A stretch of DNA of 57,790 nt, counting the filler, from Sphacelaria rigidula (Eukaryota), in assembly GCA_964200075.2 (NCBI GenBank). It is 4 parts of 4 records of this genome, joined end to end, with 100 filler letters (N's around TTAATTAATTAA, not from the genome) between each part and the next. Parts side by side here need not be neighbours in the genome. Positions count along the whole stretch, not along the records: positions 28,950 to 43,322 come from CAXNAA020002286.1; positions 43,423 to 57,790 come from CAXNAA020002287.1; 2 more parts are not named here. The stretch is one strand, 5' to 3'. Within the stretch, counting starts at the first letter, position 1, and each line of letters begins with the position of its first letter. This document shows, in pieces, positions 37,461 through 50,334 of the stretch. A program made the position numbers and the translations under genes. The notes under the pieces are model-generated. The model had not been told where the DNA came from, did not search any database, and worked only from the letters and a program-made list of their open reading frames with translations.

Positions 37461-38612
37461 CCTATCGCTGGAAGAAAACAAGATGTTCGTCCGGAGCGCC
37501 CGCGGCTGGGGTGCGGGCAGCACTTCAGAATCCGTAGGGCTGTCATTTATCTCTTCCAACTGTTCCCGTTTCCGAGGTGTCATCCTCTCGCCCCGCCTAC
37601 CCTGCCTACTACTCCCCATTCCCCCCCGGAACCCCCAACCACCGCTCTCACTGGTACCGTTCTTTCGGCCTGTTGTGCTACTACTTCCACCATCCCCAAC
37701 GCCAGTTCCACTCCGATGCCCTTCGTCCCGACTTCGCCGTCGGGTCTGCACTTTCTCGGCTTCGCCGGGCAACCCGCCCCCTTCAACGCGACCATCGTCC
37801 TCCCTTCTCGAGGAGCCGCCCTGTTGTGCTGATGTGCGCGAAGATGATGTGCGGGAGTTCCTGCGCGAGTGGCCGTGTTGTTGTTGATGTTGTGATCGCG
37901 GTTGGTGGTGGTGATGCTGTTGGCGTCGGTGCATGTCAGCCCCATCCCGTGCAGCCGTCGTAGTGGGCATTGAACTTGAGGACGACCTGCGGCTGCCGTG
38001 TTGAGAATGGTGTTGATCCCCTCGGTTGGGCTGCTTGCTGCTTGTATTAGAAGATGAATGTTTGTTCGCCTCCCCGCCGCTGTACTTGCTGCTGCTCCCG
38101 TGATGATCGCTGCCACTCCGTATGCTATCTCTGGAAGTGTGATAGTGATGGCCATGACTACTTGTACTGCCACCGCCACCGCTGCCACCACCACCCTCCT
38201 TGCGGTGTCTGCGCGAACTGTAGGACGTGGAAGTCGCCGGGCCAGGGCACGCCGAGCTACTCCCGCCGCCGCCGCCGCCACCGCTCTTGGTTGTAGCATG
38301 GAAAACGCTATGGTCTTCCCTTGCTTGTCCTGTCCCTCCTCCTCCTCTCGCATCCTTCGCTGACTTCGAGTCCCCCCGGCTACTTACAGCCTGGTGAGGC
38401 GTAGACGACACATCAGGAGCTCCAGCCCCCTGTTTTCTCGTGGCAGATGCGCCCGAGGTGCGGTGGCGCCGCTCCCTTGATGTCTCACTTTCGCCTTCTT
38501 TAGCAATGCGCCTCAGAGCCGCGGCAAGAGGCGAATGCGGGGCAGGGGAGGGAGGCTTTGTGTTTAGTGGAGCCCCCAGGTCAAAGTCGTCTGTCCAGTC
38601 TTCTGCACCACC
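37461..38612 (-). CDS. Large internal exon (384 codons) of an unidentified protein; Ser/Gly/His/Arg-rich, probably disordered
   Basis: Lies in a 472-codon open frame, with acceptor actcag|GGT and donor AGG|gtgagt, phase 0-0. Begins GGAEDWTDDFDL. No recognisable domain. Confidence 0.7.
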
Positions 38613-41600
38613 CTGAGTGTTCGCAGAGACCCCAATCACTGAGTGCGTTTTGCCGCTGGTTGATCTAGCTCCCAGACTGCGTTGAATGCGTAGCGGATGC
38701 ATATCGTTCTGCTGCATGGCTGCTGCACTGTACTGTCCGTTTTCCGTGTAGGCGCTTGCCTGCTTTCCAATCCAACACTGCAATATACAGCACAGTCAAG
38801 GGTACAGAAGTATAGGACTGGCGTAGAACACACAGATGAGCGTGGGCCTCGTGAAACACAGAAGGGTTACTTATTCACTCCCAACCCGTTAGGGTACTTC
38901 ACCCGGGAGTCATCGTCACCCTTCTTAGCCGGAAAAAAAGCCGTCCGTCGTGACTGCTCACACCAGACTGAAGAAGAATGCAAAAAAAAAAAGGCATATT
39001 CCTTCACATTAACCTTCATAACCTTCACAGGCCCGCAATCAGGCAGAGTATGACAAGAGGTGATTGATGTACATTTTGACAATTTTCCCCTGTGTATGGG
39101 CTCAACTGTTTTTCCCTTGGCATTGCCAGCTAAACAGCATGGCGGTGCGCTCGTGCTCGAGGTCGCCTCTACGGCGTGAAGGAAGTCTTCATTGCGTTAG
39201 CAGTGAGTCGAAAACGGTTCGAGGAGCTCGTGAGGTAAGACGACCGCAACATCAAATATTAAACAAAGAATGTGTCTCATGATGACTAGTCCTCCAAAGT
39301 GGCCGTTGACTGTTATCGAAGTAGATGCTGCCATGAAGGTCCTGAAGGAAGGCGTGTGGATGAATATATTGGGCATTTCACAGCGATCCAGGGAATACGT
39401 GCTGCCTAACCTGGTGTGCTACTGCTGCCATTCCTTTTTCAGAAGCAACGCACAACAACTTAACTTTCCAACCCGGCCATGGTGAGATGCTTGCAGTAAC
39501 TGTACTGGCGGCATCTGCTGTCTCCACAGGTGCGCACTTTTTACAGTCGCCCGTGGGACGCACTGGTTTTAATATTAATCCTAAGACAGACGACTACAAA
39601 GTACGGTCAGTGCTGACGGTACAACAAATAGTAAGACAAACGAAGATCGACCGTTTGGAATCGGAAGCTTTGCTCAATGCGCCAATCCCGGGCGGGCGTC
39701 ACTGGCTGTACTACAGTGCATTGCTTCGGTCTTCAACGAGTTCACTGGCCTCCGAGGCCTTTCCTATGCCTCTTGCGATCGACTCGCATTCGCTGGCACA
39801 ACATCGCGCTTGGCGATCTTTCATGTACATGAGTCAGGTATCCATCGAGGTGCAACCAACAACGTGTGAAACACGCGCCACATGGATGCAGACTCGAGAG
39901 GTGAACAAGTAGCAGGGCGATCACCCACACTTCACACATGTCTCCGCAACTTCCCGTCGGAACACTCTCGCCAACCCACGTTGCTCGCATCGCCACTACA
40001 AGTACGTTCTAGTATAACTACACTGCAGCACTGCAGCACAAGGTGCTTTGAATGGGGAAATTTTTCGTTTCACCTTGGCTCGCTGCCCAGTGAAAATGGG
40101 TTACTCACTGCCGCCTGCAATATTATCATCGTCTGCACTTGTGTGAACGGTAATCGACGAGAATCAACGAGTGTCGTTTGCATCCGAGTATCATTTACAA
40201 TGAAGGAGCCTACGCCCGGAAGACAGCCGAAACCGCCATCAAAGCATTGTATTGGTTAGGCTCGTACTGGGAGAACTGCCTGTGGGCTGCACTGGCTAGT
40301 TTTTCAATGACCTGTGAGATTTAGGTGTGTACTGGTACATTACTTCATTTTCCATGTACATCAATAGCATATGTACATGATGCAGACCATACTGTGCTGT
40401 CCGGCACTTTGCCCTACTGTACTGCTGTGCTGTTCTGGTGTCGGGTGGGAGCCACTTGAAAACTGAGGAGACGTTTCCGAAAAAAAATGACATCCGGGAG
40501 CCCTACGTGTCGGGGTTCGCCCTTTTACCGCCGGGACCTGTTGTTCGACGCGGAGGGAACAAGCTTTTGTCGCAGTTCGAAATACTATGGTTGTTTTTGG
40601 TCAAGACATATCTGCTTCGATACATCGGCCAGTACTAGTACTATTTGAGTTTGCCCCAGTTGCCTACAATTTTCCCATAGTTAATGTCACTATATTACAG
40701 TCTGAACAGCGAGAAGGACATCTTCGGTGGGACTGACAGTCTTGTTTGCTCCCAGCGTTCGCAGAACGCGTGTCCATTCATATCAAATGAAAAGGAAGAT
40801 GCCCCTCCGATACGCGGGAAAGGCCGTCACGAGTTGGGCTAGCCAAGAGTTCCTGTTGGTGGTTGAGCAGCTTTGCCGTAATGTTGACCCTTCGAGAGTG
40901 AGGATGGGTCATCTGCCCATGCAGCGATTTTTTCGAGCGAAATTGATGCTGGTTCAACTGATGACATATGACCTATCCTCGCGATCAAGTGGTGAATCTT
41001 GGGAGATCATTTCAAGCTGAAATTTTGACACGAAATTTATAATAACACGCGGAAAGTAGCGAAAGTTTGAAAGTTCCGATGAAAAATTCAAAAAACAGAA
41101 GCTTTTGTAGCGATTTGTGGTGGTAACTCAATGAAAAAAAGTCTGCCAAATTTCGTGAAAAATTTGCAACACTCAACTTGCAGGTCTTGAAAGAAAATGG
41201 GCTCGAAACTTCCATGTAGAATGAAAACGAAGTCTCAGGTTGATTTGCAGTTCACATCGGTGTACCTCGGGCTGATTGGGGAAACTAAGACGGTTACCGT
41301 GTGCTGAAGTAATGCGGGCTTCTTGGCTGACCTAGCTCATATTTCGTGCGAAAACGACGACCAACAATGCACTGTCGTCGCAGTAGAAGGAAATCAGCAC
41401 AGCAATCACGCCCAGCAGGACACGAGAATGTCGGGCTCAACAAGAACATCCTCCCACAGTGTGGGAGGATGCTGCTGCACACCACTTGGCAAATACGATG
41501 TTCATTTTTTTTGTACACCACTCTTGCTCTGTACGTGTCTACACACGCTTCCGTTACACTTTCAAAATCATTCGAAGAAATTTCTCGAGACTGTCAGCAA

Positions 41601-41813
41601 ATCGAAGAAACCGAGTCGGTCGACATGAACCACTCCGTTTCGTATCCACCCAATCGAAAAAAAATCTTATCAACCCCTCGAACACGAAGGCCGTGTCTTG
41701 ACTTCGACGGGACCCGAGGTATAACTGGGAAGAATCATTTGACTCACCAACACGACCGACCAGGTCGAGTGCCATTGAGGGTGTTCACCTGATGGAACGG
41801 TAATATTCGCCAC

Positions 41814-42505
41814 GCCGATCGCCCCGGTGGCTCAGCTGGTTATTCCGGCACGTTCTGACGGTTGAGTCGTGGATTCAAATCTCGGAGCGATCTGGGATTT
41901 TTTCTCACACGTTGCCTAGCAGTGGAAAGCCACTATGTGGTGGGTACACAGAATTCAGTAGAGTTTACCACTTGACATGGTGAGAAATTTCTCAGATAGT
42001 TCGACTTGATTTCAGAGTAAAAGTGAAAATACGGATCTTTAATGGGACTATGCTCCAAGCATGCTCTTGGCTTGCGGAGAAAGCGTTTCGGTCGAAATCG
42101 GCGCCTGGGGCGCCGATTTGAGGTCTAGTAACGCAACCTTTGCCTAAGTTATCCTCTCCACCCCCTCGCCCGAGGGTTCTCGGTGTGCCTCCGTTGTGGT
42201 TACTGTTGGTATTATAGTTTGCTCGAAGTTGTAAGTTTCTGAGAAATTTCTCACCATCCCAATTGGTGAACTGATCTCACAAAATTCGACTTGACGGTTG
42301 ACGGGGAAAGGAATTACTGAACCCCTCTCGCGATAAAAAGCAAAGGCAAGTACCGCAGAAGGAAGTTGGAGAACTGAAAACAAATGAAGGAGAAGAAATT
42401 CCGTGTTGGCCTTCCTTCTGTGTGACCCCGACTGGGGTGCCCAAATATACCGAAAGTTGTAGACCAGAATAGATCAGATGGCAACTCAACACACACGCAC
42501 ACACA
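41814..42505 (+). mobile_element. tRNA-derived SINE interrupted by a 321-bp element (41957-42277)
   Basis: Head GCCGATCGCCCCGGTGGCTCAGCTGGT...GATTCAAATC; the body resumes at 42278 and ends in (CA)n. Confidence 0.85.
41957..42277. mobile_element. MITE-like element with a 10-bp target duplication, carrying the shared core repeat
   Basis: Flanks cacagaattc (41947-41956) and cacaaaattc (42278-42287). Inverted repeat includes ATGGTGAGAAATTTCTCAGA / TCTGAGAAATTTCTCACCAT. Confidence 0.7.
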
Positions 42506-43322
42506 GTTCGTGAGGAGAATGCAGCATAGCTTTACTGTACAGGAATGTAGCCGCACCGCACCGGAGCTGCACAGGAAAGGCAACATTTGCGAATAATTTT
42601 TCCGTACAGTACAACACAGAATCGTCTGTCTCGCGGAGATTAATCCCCCCGTCCGCGAGACGTGGTGCGCGTGGGGGTTCAGTGCTGCCACACATGAACA
42701 TCTCTCGACACTGTCGGGGTGATGAAAGCAGCGCGCCGCCTCTTTATGTTCCTGTTCAAGGACCCCAAATGATGTTCAAAAAGCGTCATACTCGTATAAC
42801 TTTTCAAAATCAGTTTCACCATGATTTTGAGGGGAGAGAGGCGGGAGCGATGATTATCTTCAATTGTTTCTTCGGACCCCGTCTTAACAGGCCTCTGGAG
42901 GAGAGCCGTTTAGTGGGAGAATTCGGAATGTTTGTCCGTAGAGACAACGCCCACGACAGCAAAGGGACGTTACCAGACGTGTATACGCCTTGCACCGTAG
43001 CTATTCGTGTTCAACCCACAACCAGAAGCGCTTTGCCGTATGAGGACAACAGTAAAATCATATCGTTACTTGTAATGTGTGTGTGGTCAACGCGAGCAAC
43101 ACATGTCGCTGGACAGCTGAACGGCGTGGCGTGTTTAGTTGCCGAGGGTGTACATGCTGTAGAAGGTGCTTGTGCGGGTGAGGGGCTAGGTCGTGTTTTG
43201 ATCTTGCGCCTGCCTGAGCACTGAGGTTTGCGGGAAATTCCCTTCCCCCCCCCCCCCCCCCCCCCCCCCTCCGCCCCCGCCGAAAAGGGGGGGCGACACC
43301 CCACCCCACAGGAGGACAAGCC

Positions 43323-43422
43323 NNNNNNNNNNNNNNNNNNNNNNNNNNNNNNNNNNNNNNNNNNNNTTAATTAATTAANNNNNNNNNNNNNNNNNNNNNN
43401 NNNNNNNNNNNNNNNNNNNNNN
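43323..43422. other. Artificial contig-joining spacer
   Basis: N44-TTAATTAATTAA-N44. Confidence 0.98.
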
Positions 43423-44135
43423 TCCGTCCCGGCATTGTAGGGATGCGAGGTCAGTGGTCTGATGACTATGGCATGCATGATCATGAGTACACCCCCCGTC
43501 GTTCCTCCCTCACAACGGGTCCATCTATATACCTGACCGAACCACGTCGTCTCTGTTCAACATTCACACGGCTGTATTATGTGGGAGTACGGGTATCTTC
43601 GGGAGGGTATGATATCTCTTAGAGAACTGTCGCCTACCGGTATGGATCTCTTACAAGGCTTGTGTGAGCTATGGAAGATACAGAAGTTGCCCACGCTTGT
43701 CCTGGGTAAACTACGAACCCGTACGCAGTTCATCAGTTCATGTTCTCCCTGGGTGAGCTATGAGAGCTACATGAGCTACACACGTTTATCTTGGGTGAGC
43801 TGTTGGAGGTAGCTTACATGTACATGTTTGACTACAAGTGAGCTACGGCCCGCAGATGAGCTAGGTCATGAGCTGTCGGACGTGTAAAAGGTTTGCTCAA
43901 GGTAGTGTGGGAGTTGAACCCACTCGAACCCAAAAATGTTTGGGCTGTGCACGCGTCTTCCTACTCTCATGGGCTTGGGCACTAGCTTTGTCGTATACTA
44001 TAGCTGATCTGCCAGCAGTACAGTCGTGGTCACAAGGTACACGAATGCAGCGGCTCCATAAAGTCGACGGGGAACATCCAGGCCCCAACAGTTGCCGTTT
44101 GATGCCTTTGTGGGGGTGGTATCGGTGAACATCGG

Positions 44136-44668
44136 ATTAATCGATTGATTTGGTTGGTTGACCCCCCAGGGATCCAGCCGTGGTCTCATAATGGGCGTAC
44201 CTAAGACAATACAAAGCTGTAACACTCGCTCAACACTAAGAAGGGAACAGGGAAAGTCGAACAGAACGACATAAGAGACTAAAACGTAAAAAAAAGAAAG
44301 AACAAAAAGTCAACGAAAGCAAAGCACAGGAAGAAATGGCCGATCTATAACAAGAAACCTAATCAGGTGAAAATATGAAGAAAAAAGCAAAAAAAGAAGG
44401 AGAAGGAAAGCCCAATGGATTCAGGGTAGCGGAGTAGAAACAGACACACACCCACGGGCACCGCAGAGCCACCCACTACGGACATAATCAACAACCGATC
44501 TGAGCAGACAGGATCCTTCGATTGGCGGCCCTGGACGCAGCAGCCTCTCGCCTGTGACGGCGGTCTGGTTCTCGTGTGTCCGCGCGTCGCCACGTGTCCT
44601 CGAACTCTTCCGCTCCTTTTTTTACCTCAAGATGCCATTTGCCCATGCTCATCGGGCGCGCCTTAATC
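44136..44668 (-). mobile_element. 3' end of an RTE-type LINE related to 8527-9240
   Basis: GKWHLEVKKGAEEFEDTWRRAD matches the C-terminus of the contig 1 copy; the 3' end CCCCCAGGGATCCAGCCGTGGTC is shared. Confidence 0.85.
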
Positions 44669-45217
44669 ACATGAAGTTACTTCAAGGGCCGGACAAATAG
44701 TCATTCGTCAGAAAATTACTTGCTTTTAGAGTAATTGATTTGTACCGAACAAATCAATCTTTGAGTCCTGTTTTAAGTGTTGCGCTTCAGGTCCGCGCAC
44801 CCCAGGCACATGGAATACAGTAGCTCAAAATTCACCCGGGGATTTTTCGTCCCGCGCACAATTGTTTTGCTCATTTCGAGCAATCAGGCCTCAGAACCGT
44901 TGATTCGGTCATTCGAGCCAGCGATAACTTGTTCGACCGCTGAGTTATTTTCCAGCATCTTGTGGTATGTGTGATGAAATCCCTTCGCCCCCTCCTCACT
45001 CACATTACACACACTTACTACAACCCCGTGCCCCCGGGAAACTTGTGGAGATGAAGATATTGGAGCATGCCAGGGATACGGTAGTACGGCAAGAGATGTA
45101 AGACCCATCGGGACACGCACGCAACTGAGATATCAAAGTACGGCACGGACGGTATTTTTTAATCCCCATTTGTTGTTTTTGCCGATGGCTGCGTTTTTTT
45201 TTTAATTCATCACCCAG

Positions 45218-45447
45218 GAGGAAGCACTGGTAACCTCACTCACGGACAAATATCAAAACCGGCGGGCTGGAAAGAAGCTAGCCTCCAAGCTCGACAGGAA
45301 AGCCGGGGACAGCGATGATGAGGATAGCGACAATAACGAGGACGATGATGGTGATGGCAGTGATGACGATGATTTCATCAGACAACTACGCGATGCTAAT
45401 GGGCTCCTACTTCCATTGATGAAGAGCATCCTGAGCAACGCGGACAG
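45218..45447 (+). CDS. SCC3: Cohesin subunit SCC3/SA (STAG) exon A: EEALVTSLTDKYQ...acidic tract...LLLPLMKSILSNAD
   Basis: cccag|GAG ... AG|gtgaaa; 230 nt open, ends phase 2 and is compatible with the next exon. Confidence 0.75.
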
Positions 45448-46973
45448 GTGAAATCCAACCAGCTAGGTCGTCTTCACTATCAAGAGTATTCTTCTTCTTC
45501 TTATTTTTTTTTAGCGTAAGCTCGATCTCGAACTCGTCATCACACGAGTGCAAAAATAGGCATGCTGTTTCCTTAGCCATCTCTCTGACCGCCAGTTTTC
45601 AGGGATTTTTACCCTGTGTAAGACTGAAAAATGTCGAATATGATCACTCACGAACGTAAAGAGTGCCATGCATGAAACTCAAGACTACAAGTACTACTTC
45701 ACAATCCTTGCGGCCGCGCCCCGAGAGTCTTGATTCAATATGGTCCTCCCGAATCCATTAGGTTGAAAGAGTCGGGCCTTAGATTCTCGGCATGTGCTAT
45801 TTGTTTCTCTTCTTATCTGAGAAAGTGTCCGATTTCCGTCTCTGAATACGTGAGCACGCGAATTTCAGGCAAAATCAGGGTATGTTTGACCACAGTCGAC
45901 GTCATGCGGGAGTGCTGATGGTCATGATCCAACCCGCAATGAGAGCAAAATGCAAGGCGTGTACCTGTACGAGGGAGATGGAATACCAGGTTGTCACTGC
46001 GGATGGATTCGTCTCGCGCTCGGAGAAGGGTTGAAAGTGTATCGAAAAAAAATAAACCCGAGGTGTGAACCCGTCGGGCGCGGAGGTTTCATAACAGATG
46101 GACCCTCCATATAGCACTGGAAGTAATATAGGAACAGGTGATTCAGCTGAAGAAAAGGACTTCGGCAGATTTTTGGGGCCGCATAGAATATACACGACGG
46201 TGAATGTTGCCCTTGCGTAGTGTTCCGAGAAATATGTAGGCTTCACTAGCTGTATTTTTGTGAGTTCTACGAAGAACAGTTGGCTTTTCGGGAATTTCTC
46301 ACTACACCCTACCAAAATAAAGGGTTTTGAAGCTATCCCGCTGACCGCGGGACATGCCATCAGTCGTGGTCACTCGTTGTGGTCGCTCGATAATTTACCG
46401 GAATGTCAAGGCTTAATTATGATGCATGGACATGAGACCGAGCCCGCTTTTCTCTTTCAACTCTTCCCTGCTCCCATGTTTTCTGGCCATTGACATGTCT
46501 CACATTATGTGATCCGATGCACGATTCCGGATACCGGTGGCCGCACGACGGAGTGTACAGAAGCGACTCGCTCATGAGAAGCTGAAAATCAGGGTCAGCC
46601 TGAGTTTCTTGTCTCATGCAAGGGTTGATCATGACCTACCTACTCTATTGGGCTTAGTGTAGCGCTCGTCGTTGAGGCCGACCATCTTTTTTTGTTTTCC
46701 CAAAAATCTCAGCCTGACTTGCTTACACCCTTTCCTTTTCTCATGAGCGGGTATCTACTGTACCCCCCAGGGTAATTAATGATGGACCGAATTACTCGCT
46801 CTGGGGAAGCAACTCGAGTAGAAGAACCAAAGATGGACTTGAAGAACCAAAAATAAAATAGACCCATGAAACGGACAGGAAAAATGAATTTGTTAACTGC
46901 ACTGATACAACAGCAATGCTAGACCGATCTTATGTTTGGAAAAACGCGACTGTGATATGACTCTTTTCATCAG

Positions 46974-47087
46974 GCTGAACAGACGGCAAGCAGCAGCTGT
47001 GGTGGGCCATCTGGTGCACTCCAGCTTGGAGGCACGAAAGCTTGCCAAGACGTTCATTAGCAGGCTGAAGGACCATAGCATTGTCAG
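46974..47087 (+). CDS. SCC3: SCC3/STAG exon B: LNRRQAAAVVGHLVHSSLEARKLAKTFISRLKDHSIV
   Basis: catcag|G ... AG|gtacta; phase 2-2. Resembles the recalled STAG segment AADIFKHY...DIIKETLSKTR. Confidence 0.8.
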
Positions 47088-48714
47088 GTACTATATCACG
47101 CCGCCGTCATTTTCCAAAACACGTCGGAGTCACGATTGCCCTCGAAGGCGTATTCAGCTGGATCCAATATCTTGCTTCTGACACATGAGGACGACTCAGT
47201 CAGGACATCGTGACAGTAATCTTGCTCACAGCCAGTCACTTTTTCGTACTTTTATTTCGTCGTCACATTCTGGACCCCTCCCCTTCCGCGAGACGAGTCC
47301 ATTGTGCAATGTCTCATGTCTCCAGTGACCAAGCCACCTCTCCACCGGCACACGCCTTGTATTTTGGTGTCGTGGATTGGATCATGACTATCAGCACAGC
47401 CGCATAGCGCGTCATCTCTCGTCCAACAAACTCAGTCAATTATTTTTGCTATGCGGATAGAAGAACATATTCCATGCAAAAGGAACTCGTCCCTATTTTA
47501 GTCGTCCAGTAGTTTCTCAGTGGTCTAAAGGTCAGAAGTTGACTTCTCGTCGTAGCATGACGTTTTGTCGTCCGATCCATGAAACCATGCCTCAGTCAAC
47601 CGGTACAACCGTGTTGTCGTTGTCCAGCATTCCACAGAAAAGCACCGCACCTTTGATTTTTCAACCATTAGGGTTGGAAGATTACAGCCGCGTCAAGTAC
47701 TGTAGTAATCGTTTTTGTTTCTTTGCTATGAGAACATCGCCCAGTTATTCACTGTACCGCCCTGTCATTCTTAGGCAGGGCGTTTTCTTGCATTGATTGA
47801 CCGATTGATTATTTTATTGTCGCTCTTCAAGTAACCCCCCAGCGGTCCAGCCGGAGTCACATGAAATACCCCAAAGGAAGAGACCCCACAGGTCTTGTTC
47901 AGCTGTGATTGAGCTACATTTCAAAGCGTACAACTTGAATAACTTCCTCTTCGCATGCTGTAGTATTAAATAGTGGCGTACTCGATCTACCGTCATGATC
48001 CAGGAGATTGGGGTGAGGAAGGAGCGTCCACCCAAGCTGTTCAATCTCTGGGCGTCAGAAGTAGCCAAGTCACCATCGAATTTTGTCAAATGGAATTTAT
48101 AAGGTTGTGTTTTGTACGGTAGGGTGTATCTGCTGATATTTGGATGGTTGTAAAAGTATAGAAGAGGTATTTATCGGCGAATTCCCTGTCGGACCAATGC
48201 TAAAGTGTTCGGAACAGGACACGACACCCCGCCGAATCACATTTCGGTACGCTTTCGTAATGCCAGCCAAGACTCCCCCACCTCCGGGTATATCGTAAAA
48301 AAGGTACACAACATAACTTTAGATTCCAATTTGTTTTGTTGGAAGCACTTGTACAGGTTTACCGTACACTCTTTTTGGCGGCTGGAGTACGGGGTTCACC
48401 GTAAGGTAGATTGAAATAAAATAATATGACGTGAGAAATGTAAATCCTCCTGCGCAAACTTGTAGATCATGACACTTTCCTGTGGTCGCAATACTAGATC
48501 ACCACTCGTGTAGAGATGCTCATGGGCTTTTTTTTTTTTCTTCAGGTAAAGGGTCATAGCGTACGTAATTTGAAATATGGCGCAAGCATGAGTGTTGCAG
48601 TGGTGAAACGAGCTCGGACCTTTTCTTCCGGTCCGTAGCTCTTGAATCACACAACCAACGTTTGAAGACAAACAATTTGTTTCATCTGTGCCCGAAATCG
48701 CACTGGATTGATAG

Positions 48715-48825
48715 GTGTCTCGAGGTGCACATGGCAACCCTGCGCGTGTTTTACGACAAGTGGGTGGTGGCGGCATCGCTGGCAGGTGACCAGGAGGACG
48801 GGAGCGAGAGCGATCAAGCGAGAAG
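48715..48825 (+). CDS. SCC3: SCC3/STAG exon C: CLEVHMATLRVFYDKWVVAASLAGDQEDGSESDQAR
   Basis: gatag|G ... AG|gtaacg; phase 2-2. Not in the ORF track in this frame; fills the expected helix between exons B and D. Confidence 0.8.
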
Positions 48826-49179
48826 GTAACGTACATGATAGTGCGATATTCGTGGTTGATACCTTCTTGGGACTTAAAGGCGTATGTACCACTCGGGGCT
48901 GCTCTTTGCCGAGTGTTATCTAATGTGCCATGTTACCGTACTATTAGGTTTCGGGATGGTGCCGAATGTAGCCGAGAGCTGCCCACAAGGATCGTATTGA
49001 GCGTACGGGTGTTAACTGTGTCACGCGTTGTATCGTACCATGATGATTCGGTGTCGCGCATGTTGTTCCCCTTTCTGCCATGTGCCTCGCGTGGATCATC
49101 CACATGTGATACGGGTTACTGTAGTGTGGGCACACGTATGCGCAGGAAACGTTAAACTGCACTCACCACTTGACTTGAT

Positions 49180-50060
49180 CGACGTGATCGCAGTTTCATG
49201 TTTGCACGGAAATTGTGCGAAGTAGTCGGTGAGCCAGTTTTTTTTTCAGGGTTTTTACCGGGTCGGAAATCTTACGGGACAATTATCGGGGCGGGACGCG
49301 TTATCCCGTTCCGTCATATTTTTAGTCGACGGGAAGAGTACCCGTTCCGTCCCTTCATTGTTTTAGGCGACGAGAAATGAGCTAAATGAAGTACCCTGTT
49401 CCAACGCCTTTTTAGGTTTCCCCGGCCCCGTCCCATTTCAGGGAGTGTCCCCAACCTTCTCCCGCTAGGTTTTATGGAACGTCCCGTTCCGTCCTCACGA
49501 AACATCCCGTAAATCGGAGAAGACGTTTCCGTCAAATCTCAGCAGGACATGGTGGAATGAAATACAGTATGTAAAAGTTGGTTGCTTTGTTCGTGCGCCG
49601 AGCAATCAAATACCACCGTGTTCGTATTTTCACAAGTGGTTGGTTAGGGGTGTTTGTTCGAACTATCCCATGAGGACAAGACGGAGTTTAACGGGACATA
49701 TTTCGTATTTCCCGTGAGAGCGGGACGGGACGGGACGAAATGCCATGGGACGAGGTTCGTTCGTCCCATGAGGATGGGGCGGTAAGGACCATCCCGTCCC
49801 TAAGAAATGTTTTCAAGTACCCGTTCCGTCTCGTCATTTTACAGGTACAGTGCCCGTCCCGCTCCGTCATTTATTCAGACAACGGAAGTAATACCCGTTC
49901 CATCCTCTCTTCTCGCGTCCCGTCCCATCATTTTCCGAGGCAACGGGAGGGGTACACGTCCCGTCCCGATAAACTATCAAATTTTCTATCCCGTCCCATC
50001 GCTTTGTCAGGTAACGCGATAAAATTACGGTCCCGTCGTCCTGTGCGTGGGTGGTTTGGG
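49180..50060. repeat. Remnants of non-autonomous DNA transposons rich in CCCGT/ACGGG subterminal motifs (related piece at ~32700-32900)
   Basis: Many CCCGTCCC and GGGACGGG motifs in both orientations. The 32700-32900 copy ends CCGTGACAAGTCCTG, a hAT-like CAGG terminus. Confidence 0.55.
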
Positions 50061-50189
50061 AATCGCCGTTTCATGATTACAGAGGGGGAAATGCAGCTAG
50101 AGATTTTCCTAGAGTCACATTTGTTTTCATCATTTTCGTCCGAAAACTCCTCTTACGTGGTACACGCGGAACTTCGTGATCGTCGACAG

Positions 50190-50334
50190 GCGGTCGGAGA
50201 TGGAGCAAGCGGGGCTAGACCGCTGGGTGCCCTTGGCTTACCGCCTATCCATGTCTCTCGGGGTAGGCCCCATGAAGAGCAAGAGTGAGACGGAGAGGAA
50301 GACCCTCGACGACACCTTCCTCCGGTTCATGAAG
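50190..50334 (+). CDS. SCC3: SCC3/STAG exon D: RSEMEQAGLDRWVPLAYRLSMSLGVGPMK...DTFLRFMK
   Basis: gacag|G ... AAG|gtatgt; phase 2-0. LAYRLSMSLG parallels the recalled STAG LARRFALTFG. Confidence 0.85.

Noticed and set aside
37446..38363. Several overlapping ORFs around the large exon
   Set aside because: Shadow frames of a GC-rich low-complexity coding exon.
41298..41371. Minus-strand exon-like CIVGRRFRTKYELG as a kinase N-terminus
   Set aside because: No Gly-rich loop follows and I found no other kinase exons.
49740..50288. 182-aa plus-strand ORF
   Set aside because: It runs through a CCCGT-rich transposon remnant and overlaps SCC3 exon D out of frame.
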